Source: Octopus bimaculoides
Taxonomy: Eukaryota
Direction: 5' to 3'
Length of the DNA: 39,845 bases
Assembly: GCF_001194135.2 (NCBI RefSeq)
Contig: NW_026365845.1
Coordinates: 9,784 to 49,628, forward strand
Both the position numbers and the translations under genes were made by a program. Shown in pieces: positions 23,216-35,410 of this stretch; position 1 is the first letter of the stretch; each line of letters begins with the position of its first letter. The notes under the pieces were generated by a model that saw nothing but the letters and a program-made list of their open reading frames with translations, did no database searches and was not told where the DNA came from.

Positions 23216-24476
23216 GGCACTGGTCATGCTATTAGCTGTCAGAAGTGAAAGTGCTCACTGCTAGTGAAGTATCTGTCTGTTTGCCTGCTGGTTTGGGTTG
23301 ATACTTTGGCTTACTTACTTACTGATATCTATCTACTATCTATCTATCTATCAATCACTCGTCCACCTTATTAGAAAACACAAACTTAATATAAAAACAT
23401 ATTTCCTGAAATTGCGAATTATTTAAAATATATTACCGGGAACAACAATAATTTCTGACCTCTGGCGTTCATCTAATACACTAAACACGCTAGGATATAG
23501 ACATTTAACCGTGAACCATTCAATAGACTTTGTTGATCCGGTTACATTTGCCACAACAAATCACACCAAATGCCTATGGAAACAGGCCAAGAACAGGAAC
23601 AAAAGAGAAAATGGGACAACCCGGAATTCACTGCAAACACATCTAATAGAATTCATGTGGCATTATGAATTGAAGGACGAGATCTTCCAGAAGGTATTGG
23701 AACAAATTCGACACCTATATCCATGCGTTTGAAAACACAACACAGAGTATAAGGGTACTACGAAGCATAAGTATCACATTTATTTTTAGGTGGAGATGGA
23801 GTATATGTAATCTGGGTATACCCCCACTTTTAAATTTTGTTTTTTTTACGGAATCCTATGTTTCAGACCATGGAGAATCCGATTCTGGAAAAAATTTTTC
23901 AAAAATCTCAATTTCAAAATTTCGATCCCCCACCCCGGTTTTTATATAGATCCACAGGGTAACCCTGACCCTAACCCTAACCCTAACACTAGTTTTGTGA
24001 GATTTGGCTGTTATTTCTAGCATGTAAATAGCCTGCTTGGTGGGGGGTGGGGAATTGAAATTTTTCAAAAATTTTTTTTTCAGAATCGGAATCTCCATAG
24101 CCTAAAACGTGNNNNNNNNNNNNNNNNNNNNNNNNNNNNNNNNNNNNNNNNNNNNTTCAAACTTCATTTGTTTTCTATTTTGATAAATTCTCTCTGTTGA
24201 AAATTATATTTTTATATTTTAAATAATTTGCAATTTCAGGAAATATGTTTTTATATTAAATTTGTGTTTTCTAATAAGGTGGACGAGTGATTGATAGATA
24301 GATAGATAGTAGATAGATATCAGTAAGTAAGTAAGCCAATAGCTCGCTCCGGCCAGTCATGGTATTAACTGTCAGTAGCCAAAGAATCGACTCAAACCAG
24401 CAACAGGCAGACAGACAGATACTTCACTAGCAGTGAGCACTTTCACTTCTGACAGCTGATAGCATGACCAGTGCCC
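23216..24476. repeat. Inverted pair of GGCACTGG-family arms (23216-23440 and ~24200-24476)
   Basis: The 23216-23440 segment is the reverse complement of parts of 24200-24476. Nearby gaps make the true structure uncertain. Confidence 0.55.
23789..24110. mobile_element. TIR element (GGTCCAGATGG family) with internal (CCCTAA)n; right end in gap
   Basis: Inverted arms (atggaga.tccgattctg versus cagaatcggaatctccat); same family as 27612-28197. Confidence 0.65.
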
Positions 24477-24482
24477 ATTTTT

Positions 24483-24524
<42 letters not shown>

Positions 24525-24659
24525 GTGGGTGTGTTGATTTCTGTGTGTACCTCTCCGTGTGTGTATGTTGACTCTACCTTTCATTCTTTCGGGGTGTATA
24601 AAATGATAATGTTGATGACGATAATAATAATAATAATGATTTGTTTGTACATTAAGCGC

Positions 24660-24800
24660 AAAACCTGAACTTTGGTGGAAGGGGATCACTTAATTACAGG
24701 GACTCCAGTGCTCTACTGCTTATTTTATTTACCTCGAAAGGATAAAAGGCAAAGTTGACTCCAGTGACAGTCGTACTTTCAAAGTAAAGACGTTTTGGGC
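24660..24800 (-). mobile_element. SINE family A fragment
   Basis: ctcgaaaggataaaaggcaaagttgact matches the family A body. Confidence 0.5.
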
Positions 24801-25032
24801 ACCAAATCATGATAGACGAAATATAAACGGGGTCTTTTATATTCTCGCTAACTAGGTCTGCAGAGAAGGACCTACCGGTTAGTGGGGAGAACATTTGTGT
24901 TGGTATGCCAAATTTTTCCATCTGTCAATGAACTCCGACTTATGCAAGCATGGACGGTAAACGTATGACAATGTTAATGATGTAAAATCTGCAATGTTGA
25001 ATTACTATGTTGTTTAACTATCCGCTTTATCT

Positions 25033-25055
25033 TACTGCTTCTTTTCCTATTTCAG
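25033..25055 (+). other. Splice acceptor, gene 4
   Basis: actgcttcttttcctatttcAG|aatatcac. Confidence 0.7.
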
Positions 25056-25461
25056 AATATCACATCATGTTGACGTGAAAGAAATCTCTCCATTCAGAAA
25101 TACCTTTGATATTCTCATCAACTTACATCAACTAAAACAAGACGATATATTTATAAGGAGCATTCATCAATAAGTCAACCTCTTTATATAAATACAGTCT
25201 AGAACAAAGAACAACCAAATATTTTTCTTTCTCTCGAATGTAGAGGAGGTGATCGCTTTCCAGGTTAATTAAAGTTCCATAAATTTACAAAGGAGTTGAC
25301 AATTTCCATCTGCTGTTTTAGATATCGAGTAAGATCGTGGATGAAAGAAACAATGTATTAAATTATCCTTTCAATGTAGTGACACAACGGAACATAAACT
25401 TATTCATAGAAATGAAAAACACATTATCACTGTGATATGTATAATAAATGATTCTCTCATA

Positions 25462-26853
25462 ATGAATAATTCAACTGAACCAGAAAACCTTGATGCAGAG
25501 GAAAAGGGACATCACTGTGATATCTGTGGTAAATCATTTCCTCACAGGAGTGTTATGACAAGACACAAGCTTACACATACAGGAGAGAAACCATATCACT
25601 GTGATATCTGTGGTAAGTCATTCTCTCAGAGGAGTGTTGTGACTAGGCACAAACGTACACATACAGGAGAGAAGCCATATCACTGTGATATCTGTGGTAA
25701 ATCATTCTCTGAACGTAAAGTTTTAACTAACCATATGAAGATTCATACTGGAGAGAAACCACATCATTGTGATATCTGTGGTAAATCATTCTCTCAAAGT
25801 ACTCACTTGACTAATCACAAAACTACACATACAGGAGAGAAGCCATATCATTGTGATATCTGCGGTAAATCATTCTCTGGAAATAGCCAGTTGACTATTC
25901 ACAAACGTGTTCATACAGGGGAGAAACCATTTCACTGTAATATGTGTGGTAAATCATTCTCTCAAAGAAGTCACTTGAATGATCACAAAACTATACATAC
26001 AGGAGAGAAGTTGTATCATTGCGATATCTGTGGTAAATCATTCTCTCAAAGAAGTCACTTGACAAATCACAAACCTACACATACAGGAGAGAAGCCATGT
26101 CATTGTGATATCTGTGGTAAATCATTCTCTTTTAACAGTCAATTGACTAACCACAAACGCATTCATACAGGAGAGAAACCATATCAATGTGATATCTGTG
26201 GTAAATCATTCTCTCAGAGGGATGTGGTGACTACACACAAACGTACACATACAGGAGAGAAGCCATATTCCTGTGATATCTGTAGTAAATCATTCTCTCA
26301 AAATGGTCACTTGCTTAGTCACAGATATATTCATACTAGGGGAAAACCATATGATTGTAATCTCTGCAGTAAATCATTTTCTGAAGGTAATGTTTTAACT
26401 AAACATAATATTCATACAGGGGAGAAACCATATCATTGTGGTATCTGTGGTAAATCATTCTCTCGTAATAGTCATTTGACTAATCACAAACGCATTCATA
26501 CTGGAGAGAAACCATTTCAATGTGATATCTGTGGTAAATCATTCTCTCAAAACAGTCACTTGATCAAGCACAGACCTACACATACAGGAGAGAAACCATA
26601 TCACTGTGATATCTGTAGTAAATCATTCTCACAAAGAAGTCATTTGGCTAACCACAAACTTACACATACAGGAGAGAAATCATATCATTGTGATTTCTGT
26701 GGTAAATCGTTCTCTCTCAATAGTCAATTGGTTACTCACAATCGCGTTCATACAGGAGAGAAACCATATCATTGTGATATCTGTGGTAAATCTTTCTCTC
26801 AAAGGAGTCACTTGACTAGTCACGAACATACACATACAAGAGAAAAGCCTTAA
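25462..26853 (+). CDS. C2H2 zinc-finger protein 4 (16 fingers; finger 11 has HX2H spacing)
   Basis: Uninterrupted ORF of 463 aa from the conserved ATG. Confidence 0.9.
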   Translation: MNNSTEPENLDAEEKGHHCDICGKSFPHRSVMTRHKLTHTGEKPYHCDICGKSFSQRSVVTRHKRTHTGEKPYHCDICGKSFSERKVLTNHMKIHTGEKPHHCDICGKSFSQSTHLTNHKTTHTGEKPYHCDICGKSFSGNSQLTIHKRVHTGEKPFHCNMCGKSFSQRSHLNDHKTIHTGEKLYHCDICGKSFSQRSHLTNHKPTHTGEKPCHCDICGKSFSFNSQLTNHKRIHTGEKPYQCDICGKSFSQRDVVTTHKRTHTGEKPYSCDICSKSFSQNGHLLSHRYIHTRGKPYDCNLCSKSFSEGNVLTKHNIHTGEKPYHCGICGKSFSRNSHLTNHKRIHTGEKPFQCDICGKSFSQNSHLIKHRPTHTGEKPYHCDICSKSFSQRSHLANHKLTHTGEKSYHCDFCGKSFSLNSQLVTHNRVHTGEKPYHCDICGKSFSQRSHLTSHEHTHTREKP

Positions 26854-27245
26854 CCTTCGTTAGCTGTTGTAATTCACTTTTGTATATGGTGTTTTAACTC
26901 TACACTAAAATGTTCATACCAGACAGAACCTATGTCATGGTCCATGTGTGTGGTAAATCATTCTTGCATAGACTTAACTGTCCGTGAATGAATTCCTATA
27001 AAGGGATGCCATGGCAAATCATTCTCTTGAAAATGCTACATGCATACACATGGAGGTATTAACACACAAGTGTAACTGTATCTGTGTTAAAATTTATTGA
27101 AACATAATTAACACTATTTGGTCTGCTAAAACACAGGCTTTTTTACTTTCATTAACTTTGATGCCATCAACTGCAAACATTTTTACTCTGAGATAACTTA
27201 ATTACTGAAAGTTCCTGTGTTGCAATTTCTTGAAAAAGAATAATG

Positions 27246-27251
27246 AATAAA
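27246..27251 (+). terminator. Polyadenylation signal, gene 4
   Basis: aagaataatgAATAAAaagtt followed by a GT/T-rich tract. Confidence 0.6.
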
Positions 27252-27351
27252 AAGTTTGCTTCTAACCATTTTGTGTTCGTTTTTTTTTTTTATTCTATAT
27301 CTAGACACTAGCACAAAATCACACTCCTTCAATACTACTTTTCTCTCTCCC

Positions 27352-27455
27352 AGAGCTTTAGGTGTTTTCGCTCAATAAACACTCACAACACCCGATCTGG
27401 GAATCGAAACGGCGATGCTATGACAGCGAGTCCGCTGCCCCTAAACACTAGGCCA
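27352..27455 (-). mobile_element. SINE family C head fragment
   Basis: Matches 18235-18325 (taggtgttttcgctcaataaac...gggaatcgaaac). Confidence 0.7.
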
Positions 27456-27611
27456 TTGCGCCTCCATTCATACAGGAGAGAAGATATATCAATATGAGTT
27501 CTGTATTAAATCATTTTCTCAAACGAGCACCTTGAGACACATAACGCAGATATTGACAGAAGAAAACGAAGAGAAACCTCGTAACTAATCGAACTGGTCA
27601 GTAGAGCTATC

Positions 27612-28197
27612 GGTCCAGATGGACTATATGTAATCTGAACCTTTCCCCCTTAATTTTCTTTTTTGTTTTACGGAATCCCACGTTTTAGGCTATGGAGTTT
27701 CCGATTCTGACAAAACTCATATATTTATGAAATAAAAAATTAAAAAAACACACTCTAATTTCATATTACTGTGGGGAAATTACTCTGAAAGAAATCTCTG
27801 CAGAAAGGTGAGTAGATTGATTACACATTTCTTGCTTTATGTTATCGCAGTTTTGTGGAGATTTGGCTGTTATTTCTAGCATGTAAATAGCCTGCTTGGT
27901 GGNNNNNNNNNNNNNNNNNNNNNNNNNNNNNNNNNNNNNNNNNNNNNNNNNNNNNNNNNNNNNNNNNNNNNNNNNNNNNNNNNNNNNNNNNNNNNNNNNN
28001 NNNNNNNNNNNNNNNNNNNNNNNNNNNNNNNNNNNNNNNNNNNNNNNNNNNNNNNNNNNNNNNNATCGAAATTTTGAATTTTTTTTTCAGAATCGGAATC
28101 TCCATAGCCTAAAATGTGGGATTCCATAAAAAAAATAATAAATAAATAAATAAGGTGGGGGGGTAAAGGTTCAGATTACATATAGTCCATCTGGACC
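27612..28197. mobile_element. Non-autonomous DNA transposon with ~100-bp TIRs (GGTCCAGATGGACTATATGTAATCTGAACC)
   Basis: The terminal ~30 bp are perfect inverted repeats, and the arms continue via ggaatcccac.ttttaggctatggag. No clear TSD. Confidence 0.75.
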
Positions 28198-28285
28198 AAT
28201 AAGTCCTGGGGTCGATTTTCCCTCGACTAAAATGGCGGTGCTCCAGCATGGCCGCAGTCAAATGACTGAAACAAGTAAAAAAAAT
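28198..28285 (+). mobile_element. SINE family B 3' fragment
   Basis: aataagtcctggggtcgat...gctccagcatggccgcagtcaaatgactgaaacaagtaaaa. Confidence 0.7.
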
Positions 28286-28350
28286 AAATAAATAAATAAA
28301 GTTATTAGAATGGGACAGACAAAAATGCTGGAACGAATCCAACCAGTCAG

Positions 28351-28494
28351 TAGAGACATCTATTGGAGAATTGAAGAAATACAATCATATAAAGGGAAAT
28401 AACTTCTACACTACTTTCAACCAAGCACCAATTATTAATTAATTTGATTAATTAGCGATCACTGACTCGCAGTTTGTATCTGAACACGGTAAGT
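28351..28494 (+). promoter_or_regulatory. Promoter, exon 1 and donor of gene 5
   Basis: TAGAGACATCTATTGG at 28351; TATAAAG at 28388; TCA initiator A at 28419; donor at 28489. Confidence 0.6.
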
Positions 28495-29299
28495 TAATAA
28501 AATTTATTTTAAGACTCTAATGATGATGATAATATTACTAATAATATTGCAAATCATAGAATTATGTGAACCTCTCGATGTTACGTTAATTATTTCGAAT
28601 CGAAAACATTAAAACATCAGGAAAATATATTTGCTCGTCTTAAATAAGAACTTCCAAACTGAAATATTGATCTGTTGTTTATGAAAACGAATGATTGGCA
28701 GTTACGGGTCATATAAAGAACATTAATTTGTAAAATGAGAGTAAAACCGTCTGGTAGAAGCCATAGCCACTCGTAACAAAAAGGAATATTGCTGGGACGT
28801 ACGAGAGAAGACCCTAATAAAATGCAAGCACAACAGTAACATGAGAAGAAACCGATTGAAGTATTATACGACATTAATTTGGTCTTTGCATTTGGATTGC
28901 AAGATTCTTTGTGTGAATTCGTGTGTTGAAGCATATTTTGTTGTGTGTGGGGAGGCTAATTTCGTTAATATATACATTCTTTTCTAAAATTTTCGTTACG
29001 GCATGTAACCTTTTCAATAGTTGCTGACTGTGTCCACTATCGGAGCTGTTTCTGTTCGTTGTTTGTTGGTGCACATGCGTGTGCATCAGCGTGCATGTGT
29101 ATACATGTATGGACGTTGTTATTCAGTTTATATCAAGATTTCTTGCCAATAGAGAAAGAACCGGTTTCTAACCTAGATCCAGGAGTCTCATATACTTACT
29201 GGAGTTGATTTGTTCAACTGAAACCTTCCGAGAAGTATTCCAGCATGGCCACAGTCCACTGGGTCAAACAGTGACTGGCATCTATGTTTCAGTTTATTC

Positions 29300-29580
29300 A
29301 ATCAACCGAACAGACTACTCATGGAATTAACACGCAAGTGGCTGAGTACTCCACAGTTACCTTACCCTTAACATAGTCCTCAGTGGCGATCCAGTGTGAC
29401 ACATTATACGACAAGGATGGCTCTGTGAATTAGGGGTACAACTCATTTTTATCAGCTGAGTGGGTGGCTGGAGCAACGTGAAATCCACTGTGTTGCTTGG
29501 GGACACAACATGCTGCTGGGTATCGAACTCCCAACCTTACAATTATGAGGCAAGTACCTACCCTAACCACTAAGCCATGC
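29300..29580 (-). mobile_element. tRNA-derived SINE, family D (tail shared with family C)
   Basis: The reverse complement has A-box-like TGGCTTAGTGG and B-box GTTCGATACC. The 3' part resembles the family C tail. Confidence 0.7.
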
Positions 29581-30250
29581 TACTTCACAGGTGAGACAAG
29601 TAAAAGCTGAGAAATTAATGGAAAAAAGAGAAAAACAAATAAATAATTAGNNNNNNNNNNNNNNNNNNNNNNNNNNNNNNNNNNNNNNNNNNNNNNNNNN
29701 NNNNNNNNNNNNNNNNNNNNNNNNNNNNNNNNNNNNNNNNNNNNNNNNNNNNNNNNNNNNNNNNNNNNNNNNNNNNNNNNNNNNNNNNNNNNNNNNNNNN
29801 NNNNNNNNNNNNNNNNNNNNNNNNNNNNNNNNNNNNNNNNNNNNNNNNNNNNNNNNNNNNNNNNNNNNNNNNNNNNNNNNNNNNNNNNNNNNNNNNNNNN
29901 NNNNNNNNNNNNNNNNNNNNNNNNNNNNNNNNNNNNNNNNNNATAAGGAGCATTCATCAATACATCAACTTCTTTACAAAAATATAATCTCTGAAAGACG
30001 ACAGCGAAATATTTTCCTTGTCTTTGCTCTCTGGAATGTAGAAGAGATGACTGCTTTACAGGTTAATTAAGCTTGGATAAACTTTACCAAAGAGTTGACA
30101 GTTTCCATCTGCAGTTTTAGATATGAAGTAAGATCACAAATGAAAGAAACACAGCATTAAATTATTCTCTGGAAATTGTGATTCAATTTCACCCAAACAT
30201 ATTCATAGAAATGAAAAATTGTGATATGTATGACTAATTATTCTCTCATA

Positions 30251-31303
30251 ATGGATAATTCAACCAAACCGAAAAACCCTGAAACAGGAGAGAAGCCATT
30301 TCTTTGTATTACCTGTGGTAAATCATTCTCTCAGAAGAGTAACTTAACAACTCACACACGTACACACACAGGAGAAAAACCACACCGTTGCAATATCTGT
30401 GGTAAATTATTCTCTCGGGCCTGTCACTTGAGAAGACACAAACATATCCATACAGGGGAGAAGCTATATCATTGTAATATCTGTGGTAAATCATTCGCTT
30501 CTGACAGTCCCCTGAATGTACACAAACTTATTCATACTGGGGAAAATCCATATGACTGTGATATCTGTGGTAAATCACTCTCTTGTAGTAGTTACTTGAC
30601 TAAACACAAACTCATACATACAGGGGAGAAGCCATATCACTGTACCTTCTGTGGTAAATCGTTTTCTAAAAGCAATCACTTGACCAGGCATAGACGTATT
30701 CATACTGGAGTCAAACCATATGACTGTGATATCTGTGGTAAATCATTTCCTGGAAATAACTCTTTCACTCGTCACAAGCGTATTCACACAGGAGAGAAGC
30801 CATTTCATTGTGATATCTGCGGAAAATCATTTTCTGAAAACTGTTCCTTGACGAATCACAAACGTATTCATACTGGGGAGAAACCATATGAGTGTGACAT
30901 CTGTGGTAAATTATTTTCTGTGTCTGGTCATATGAAATCACACAAACGTGTTCATACAGGAGAGAAACCATATCATTGTGATATCTGTGGTAAATCCTTC
31001 TCTTCTAATAGTCCTTTGACTAGACACAAGCGTATTCACACTGGGGAAAAACCATATGACTGTGATATCTGTGGTAAATCATTCTCTTGTGGTGGTGACT
31101 TGACTAGTCACAAGCGCATTCATACAGGAGAGAAGCCATACCACTGTGATATCTGTGATAAATCATTCGCTCATAGATGCTCCTTAACTTATCACATAAC
31201 TACGCACACAGTAGAGAAGCCATATCATTGTGATATCTGTGGTAAATCATTCCCTCAAAATAGTAATTTGACTAAACACAAACGTATTCATACTGGGGAA
31301 TAA
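30251..31303 (+). CDS. C2H2 zinc-finger protein 5 (12 fingers; alternative ATG at 30230)
   Basis: Uninterrupted ORF; it ends inside the linker (TGE*, where K is replaced by TAA). Confidence 0.9.
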   Translation: MDNSTKPKNPETGEKPFLCITCGKSFSQKSNLTTHTRTHTGEKPHRCNICGKLFSRACHLRRHKHIHTGEKLYHCNICGKSFASDSPLNVHKLIHTGENPYDCDICGKSLSCSSYLTKHKLIHTGEKPYHCTFCGKSFSKSNHLTRHRRIHTGVKPYDCDICGKSFPGNNSFTRHKRIHTGEKPFHCDICGKSFSENCSLTNHKRIHTGEKPYECDICGKLFSVSGHMKSHKRVHTGEKPYHCDICGKSFSSNSPLTRHKRIHTGEKPYDCDICGKSFSCGGDLTSHKRIHTGEKPYHCDICDKSFAHRCSLTYHITTHTVEKPYHCDICGKSFPQNSNLTKHKRIHTGE

Positions 31304-31560
31304 CCCACAACAGTGTGATACTTGTGGGAAATCTATTTTCTGAATCCAATCACATGAAATCACAGAAACTACATCACTGTGATACATGTGGTAAATCGTT
31401 CTCTAGAAGCAGTGCCTTTACTATCCACCCGTGCATTCATACAGGAGAGAGGCCATATCATTGTGATATCTGTGGTAAATCATTCTCTCAAAGTAGTGAC
31501 TTAACTAGACACCAGTGCATTCATACAGGAGAGAGGCCATATTGTGATATGTGGTGAGTC
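31304..31560 (+). other. Out-of-frame residual fingers in the gene 5 3'UTR
   Basis: Two near-intact fingers ([42 protein letters not shown]) lie after the stop and frameshifts. Confidence 0.7.
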
Positions 31561-31874
31561 TGTCTTTCAAAAACGCCACTTGGGTACACATGTGAGTATT
31601 CACACACAAGTGTAACGGTATGAATATTAAAATTTATTACGACAGGACAACAATTATGTCTATTTTGTCTCTTATAAAACAGGTTGTTTTACCCCTCTTC
31701 AAATTTGACATTATCAACTTCAATTTCATCAATGTCAACATGAAATCCATCAATATCAACCCCAATATCATGTATATACGTAAAATATATGAACACAGTG
31801 ATGACTTTGGTTTCTGAAGATGATTGTGTGGGATTTTTGAGGAATTTGTTCTGAGAAAATAAAGAAATAAGAAT

Positions 31875-31884
31875 AATAAATAAA
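31875..31884 (+). terminator. Polyadenylation signal(s), gene 5
   Basis: Overlapping AATAAA motifs followed by ttttgtctatgttgtgtttt. Confidence 0.55.
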
Positions 31885-33465
31885 AGGTTAAACTGATCTT
31901 CATTTTGTCTATGTTGTGTTTTCATCATCATCCACCACATCCCCCAGCAATAACTACTCTTTTTACTTGTTTCAGTCATTCTCAGATGAATGACACACAC
32001 ACAGACACAAAACCTATTCAGTTCTACCACATCATCACATCCACAGATGTACCCTGTTTTTATGCCCCTCAACTCGTAGCAGTTGATGACAAATGCATGT
32101 AGTGAAGAATTGTGTATACCAACAGCAAATGCAAGTCCAGTAAATAAATTATTTAAACTATAAATCAATGTCTTTCTATTATTTACTTCGAAGGCATCCA
32201 CATGCCTATCTCATCTGTTTACCTTAACACTTTCTGATACACCATTAACCACTACAGTCTGTTCCAAACTCCAACTTGAGCCTGCTGTTATATTATAAAA
32301 TCTCAACTTACCTTGTCTCGAAGTCTTTGGTTCTGGACCTTCTAAGGTCCAGCCTCCGACCACATGACACAGCTAGTTCCAGAGACATCCGTCTTCGTTA
32401 CCAACATCGTCAACAACATCTCTACGTACACAGCACCAGCAACAATGCACAGGTTCTAACATAGCACTGTTTGTGAACTACTACTTCGCCATGGTTAACA
32501 GAAAACATACAACCCACACAGATGCATGTAAAAATATCAATAAATCGTTCATAAGTCTTCTATGCAGTTGTGTCTCTTCTTTTTTGCAACTGGTACATTA
32601 CATATTATGTCAGCCTTCCGATATGAGTCGATAATAGATGGTCACACAACACGCATCACGGACCATTTCAAAGCATAGTGTGCTTGCATACCCAAGCCCA
32701 GGGTTGACATAGTTAAATGGTACTGGTAGCAAGAACTGGTATTCTTATTCCTTAGATGGTTATTCCAACCACTAACTCGGATTGCCTATATATATGTGTG
32801 TAATACTGTGTGTATATAATCCCCCCCACACACACAGGTAACAGGTGCACCCATTTACTGTCACAGTAGCTAGAACGGAATCCGCTCCTTTTTAACATTG
32901 GTGAGAATTTGACAATGGGTTGGTTCAAGTGGTTGAAAGGAACGGAGATAGAGAGAATTGGGCAAAGAAAATCACTGGAGCGAATCCAGCCGGTCAGTAG
33001 GGCTATCTTGTGGAGAATTGGGGAAATAGATCCATGTGAAGGGGGATAACTTTTATTGCATTGGAAAGCCCCGACATATATTGTACCCCTACTGCATACA
33101 TAAATGCCCCAAGAAATTAACCAGAGCATAAAAGAAACACAACACACTAATAAACACATACGTGTATGCCCCACCCATCCACCTGTAAAGGTTATATTGA
33201 TTATGATGTGATGGGAGGAGGTTAAAGAGTCGGTGGCTTGAGCAGGTGAGAGAGACACTGGATCCATGACCTTACAGAGATCTCAAAGGGAATGTTGCCC
33301 CCGACCCAACTGGAAGAACGGTTACAGGGACACTAATCATTAACCCTGGGTGAAATGTGGGGGAATGATAACAAGGGGAAATGTCCCGAATGTTCTGGAA
33401 GTGCAACGAAAGGTTGTCAGATAAGGAGGTAATAGGTAATAAACGGAATGAGACAGGCCAGTCAG

Positions 33466-33616
33466 TAGAGCCATCTATTGGGGAATTCAAGAAATACAAT
33501 CCTTTAAAGGGAAATAACTTCAACAACACTTCAATCAAACACCGTTCAAATTATTAATTACTGGTTAATTAACGGTGACTGACTGATTAATTATCGGTCA
33601 TCGGAACACGGTAAGT
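33466..33616 (+). promoter_or_regulatory. Promoter, exon 1 and donor of gene 6
   Basis: TAGAGCCATCTATTGG at 33466; TTTAAAG at 33503; TCA initiator A at 33533; donor at 33611. Confidence 0.6.
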
Positions 33617-34439
33617 TGACTAAGATATGCTTTAAGGCTAGTAACAAAAATGTAAATAATAGAATTATCTCGATGTTACAGCAATTACTTCGTAGCGAAA
33701 ATATAATAACATCAGGAAAATATATTTCCTCGTCTTAAATAAGAACTTCCAAACTGAAATGTTGATCTGTTGTTTATGAAAATCTATGATCGGCTGTTAC
33801 GTGTTATATAAAGGAAATTAATTTGTAAAATGAGAGTAAAACGGCGTAATTAATTAGTAAAATGAGAGGGAATCGATTGAAGTATACCACATTACTTAAT
33901 TTCGTTTTTGTATTTGGTTTGCAAGATTCTTTATGTGAATTGGTGTGTTGAAGCATATTTTGTATCTGGGGAGGGTCATTTTGTTTTAATGCCTTATTAA
34001 TTAACACACCGATTCAGTTTCCAATTGCACACTGGGCCGACTTGACATCCATGTTTTATCCAAGCGCCCAACACTTAAATACAGAAGTACTTCCTCATAA
34101 ATGAATAAACACCCACGTACTAAATAAGAGGTACACGTAGAAGGTAGTGATACTCCGATATATATATATATACAGGTAGATTTGTTAGTAGGCTGTTGTG
34201 TAGACGACTACATACATATATATAGATACATAGGTAATACGGACAAACGCAAGCACTTACATACATAAAAGGAGACGGAAACGCACACACGCACAAGGAC
34301 ATAGGGTGACACATCCACACATAACAGATGCACGTACGGAGTCACACAAACCCATATAGACACACTCAAACAAATAATTAGAGAAATGTAGAAACGATTC
34401 ATTTATATATAGAATGGTGTAAAACTTGCAACGCATCAA

Positions 34440-34723
34440 TGAATTCCAACCGAACAGACTACTCATGGAATTAACACGCAAGTGGCTGAGTACTCCACAG
34501 TTACCTTACCCTTAACATAGTCCTCAGTGGCGATCCAGTGTGACACATTATACGACAAGGATGGCTCTGTGAATTAGGGGTACAACTCATTTTTATCAGC
34601 TGAGTGGGTGGCTGGAGCAACGTGAAATCCACTGTGTTGCTTGGGGACACAACATGCTGCTGGGTATCGAACTCCCAACCTTACAATTATGAGGCAAGTA
34701 CCTACCCTAACCACTAAGCCATG
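34440..34723 (-). mobile_element. SINE family D, essentially identical to the copy in the gene 5 intron
   Basis: No differences seen by eye against 29300-29580. Confidence 0.75.
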
Positions 34724-35410
34724 CTACTTCACAGGTGAGACAAGTAAAAGCTGAGAAATTAATGGAAAAAAGAGAAAAACAAATAAATAATTAGAGAAAT
34801 GTAGAAACGATTCATTTATATATAGAATGGTGTAAAACTTGCAACGCATCAATGAATTCCAACCGAACAGACTACTCATGGAATTNNNNNNNNNNNNNNN
34901 NNNNNNNNNNNNNNNNNNNNNNNNNNNNNNNNNNNNNNNNNNNNNNNNNNNNNNNNNNNNNNNNNNNNNNNNNNNNNNNNNNNNNNNNNNNNNNNNNNNN
35001 NNNNNNNNNNNNNNNNNNNNNNNNNNNNNNNNNNNNNNNNNNNNNNNNNNNNNNNNNNNNNNNNNNNNNNNNNNNNNNNNNNNNNNNNNATTTATAAGGA
35101 GCATTCATGAATACATCAACTTCTTTACAAAAATATAATCTCTGAAAGACGACAGCGAAATATTTTCTTGTCTTTGCTCTCTGGAATGTAGAAGAGATGA
35201 CTGCTTTACAGGTTAATTAAGCTTGGATAAACTTTACCAAAGAGTTGACAGTTTCCATCTGCAGTTTTAGATATGAAGTAAGATCACAAATGAAAGAAAC
35301 ACAGCATTAAATTATTCTCTGGAAATTGTGATTCAATTTCACCCAAACATATTCATAGAAATGAAAAATTCATTATCATTGTGATATGTACGACTAATTA
35401 TTCTCTCATA

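Noticed and set aside
29440-29592. Exonisation of antisense SINE D (tttttatcAG acceptor to CAG|GTGAGA donor)
   Set aside because: The acceptor is weak and there is no transcript evidence; speculative.
32190-32330. Possible CR1/L2 reverse-transcriptase remnant (minus strand EQTVVVNGVSESVKV)
   Set aside because: Too short and degenerate to support without a profile search.
34372-34885. ~413-bp tandem duplication of SINE D plus flank in the gene 6 intron
   Set aside because: The copies are identical and run into a gap, so this is probably a scaffolding overlap; unresolvable without long reads.
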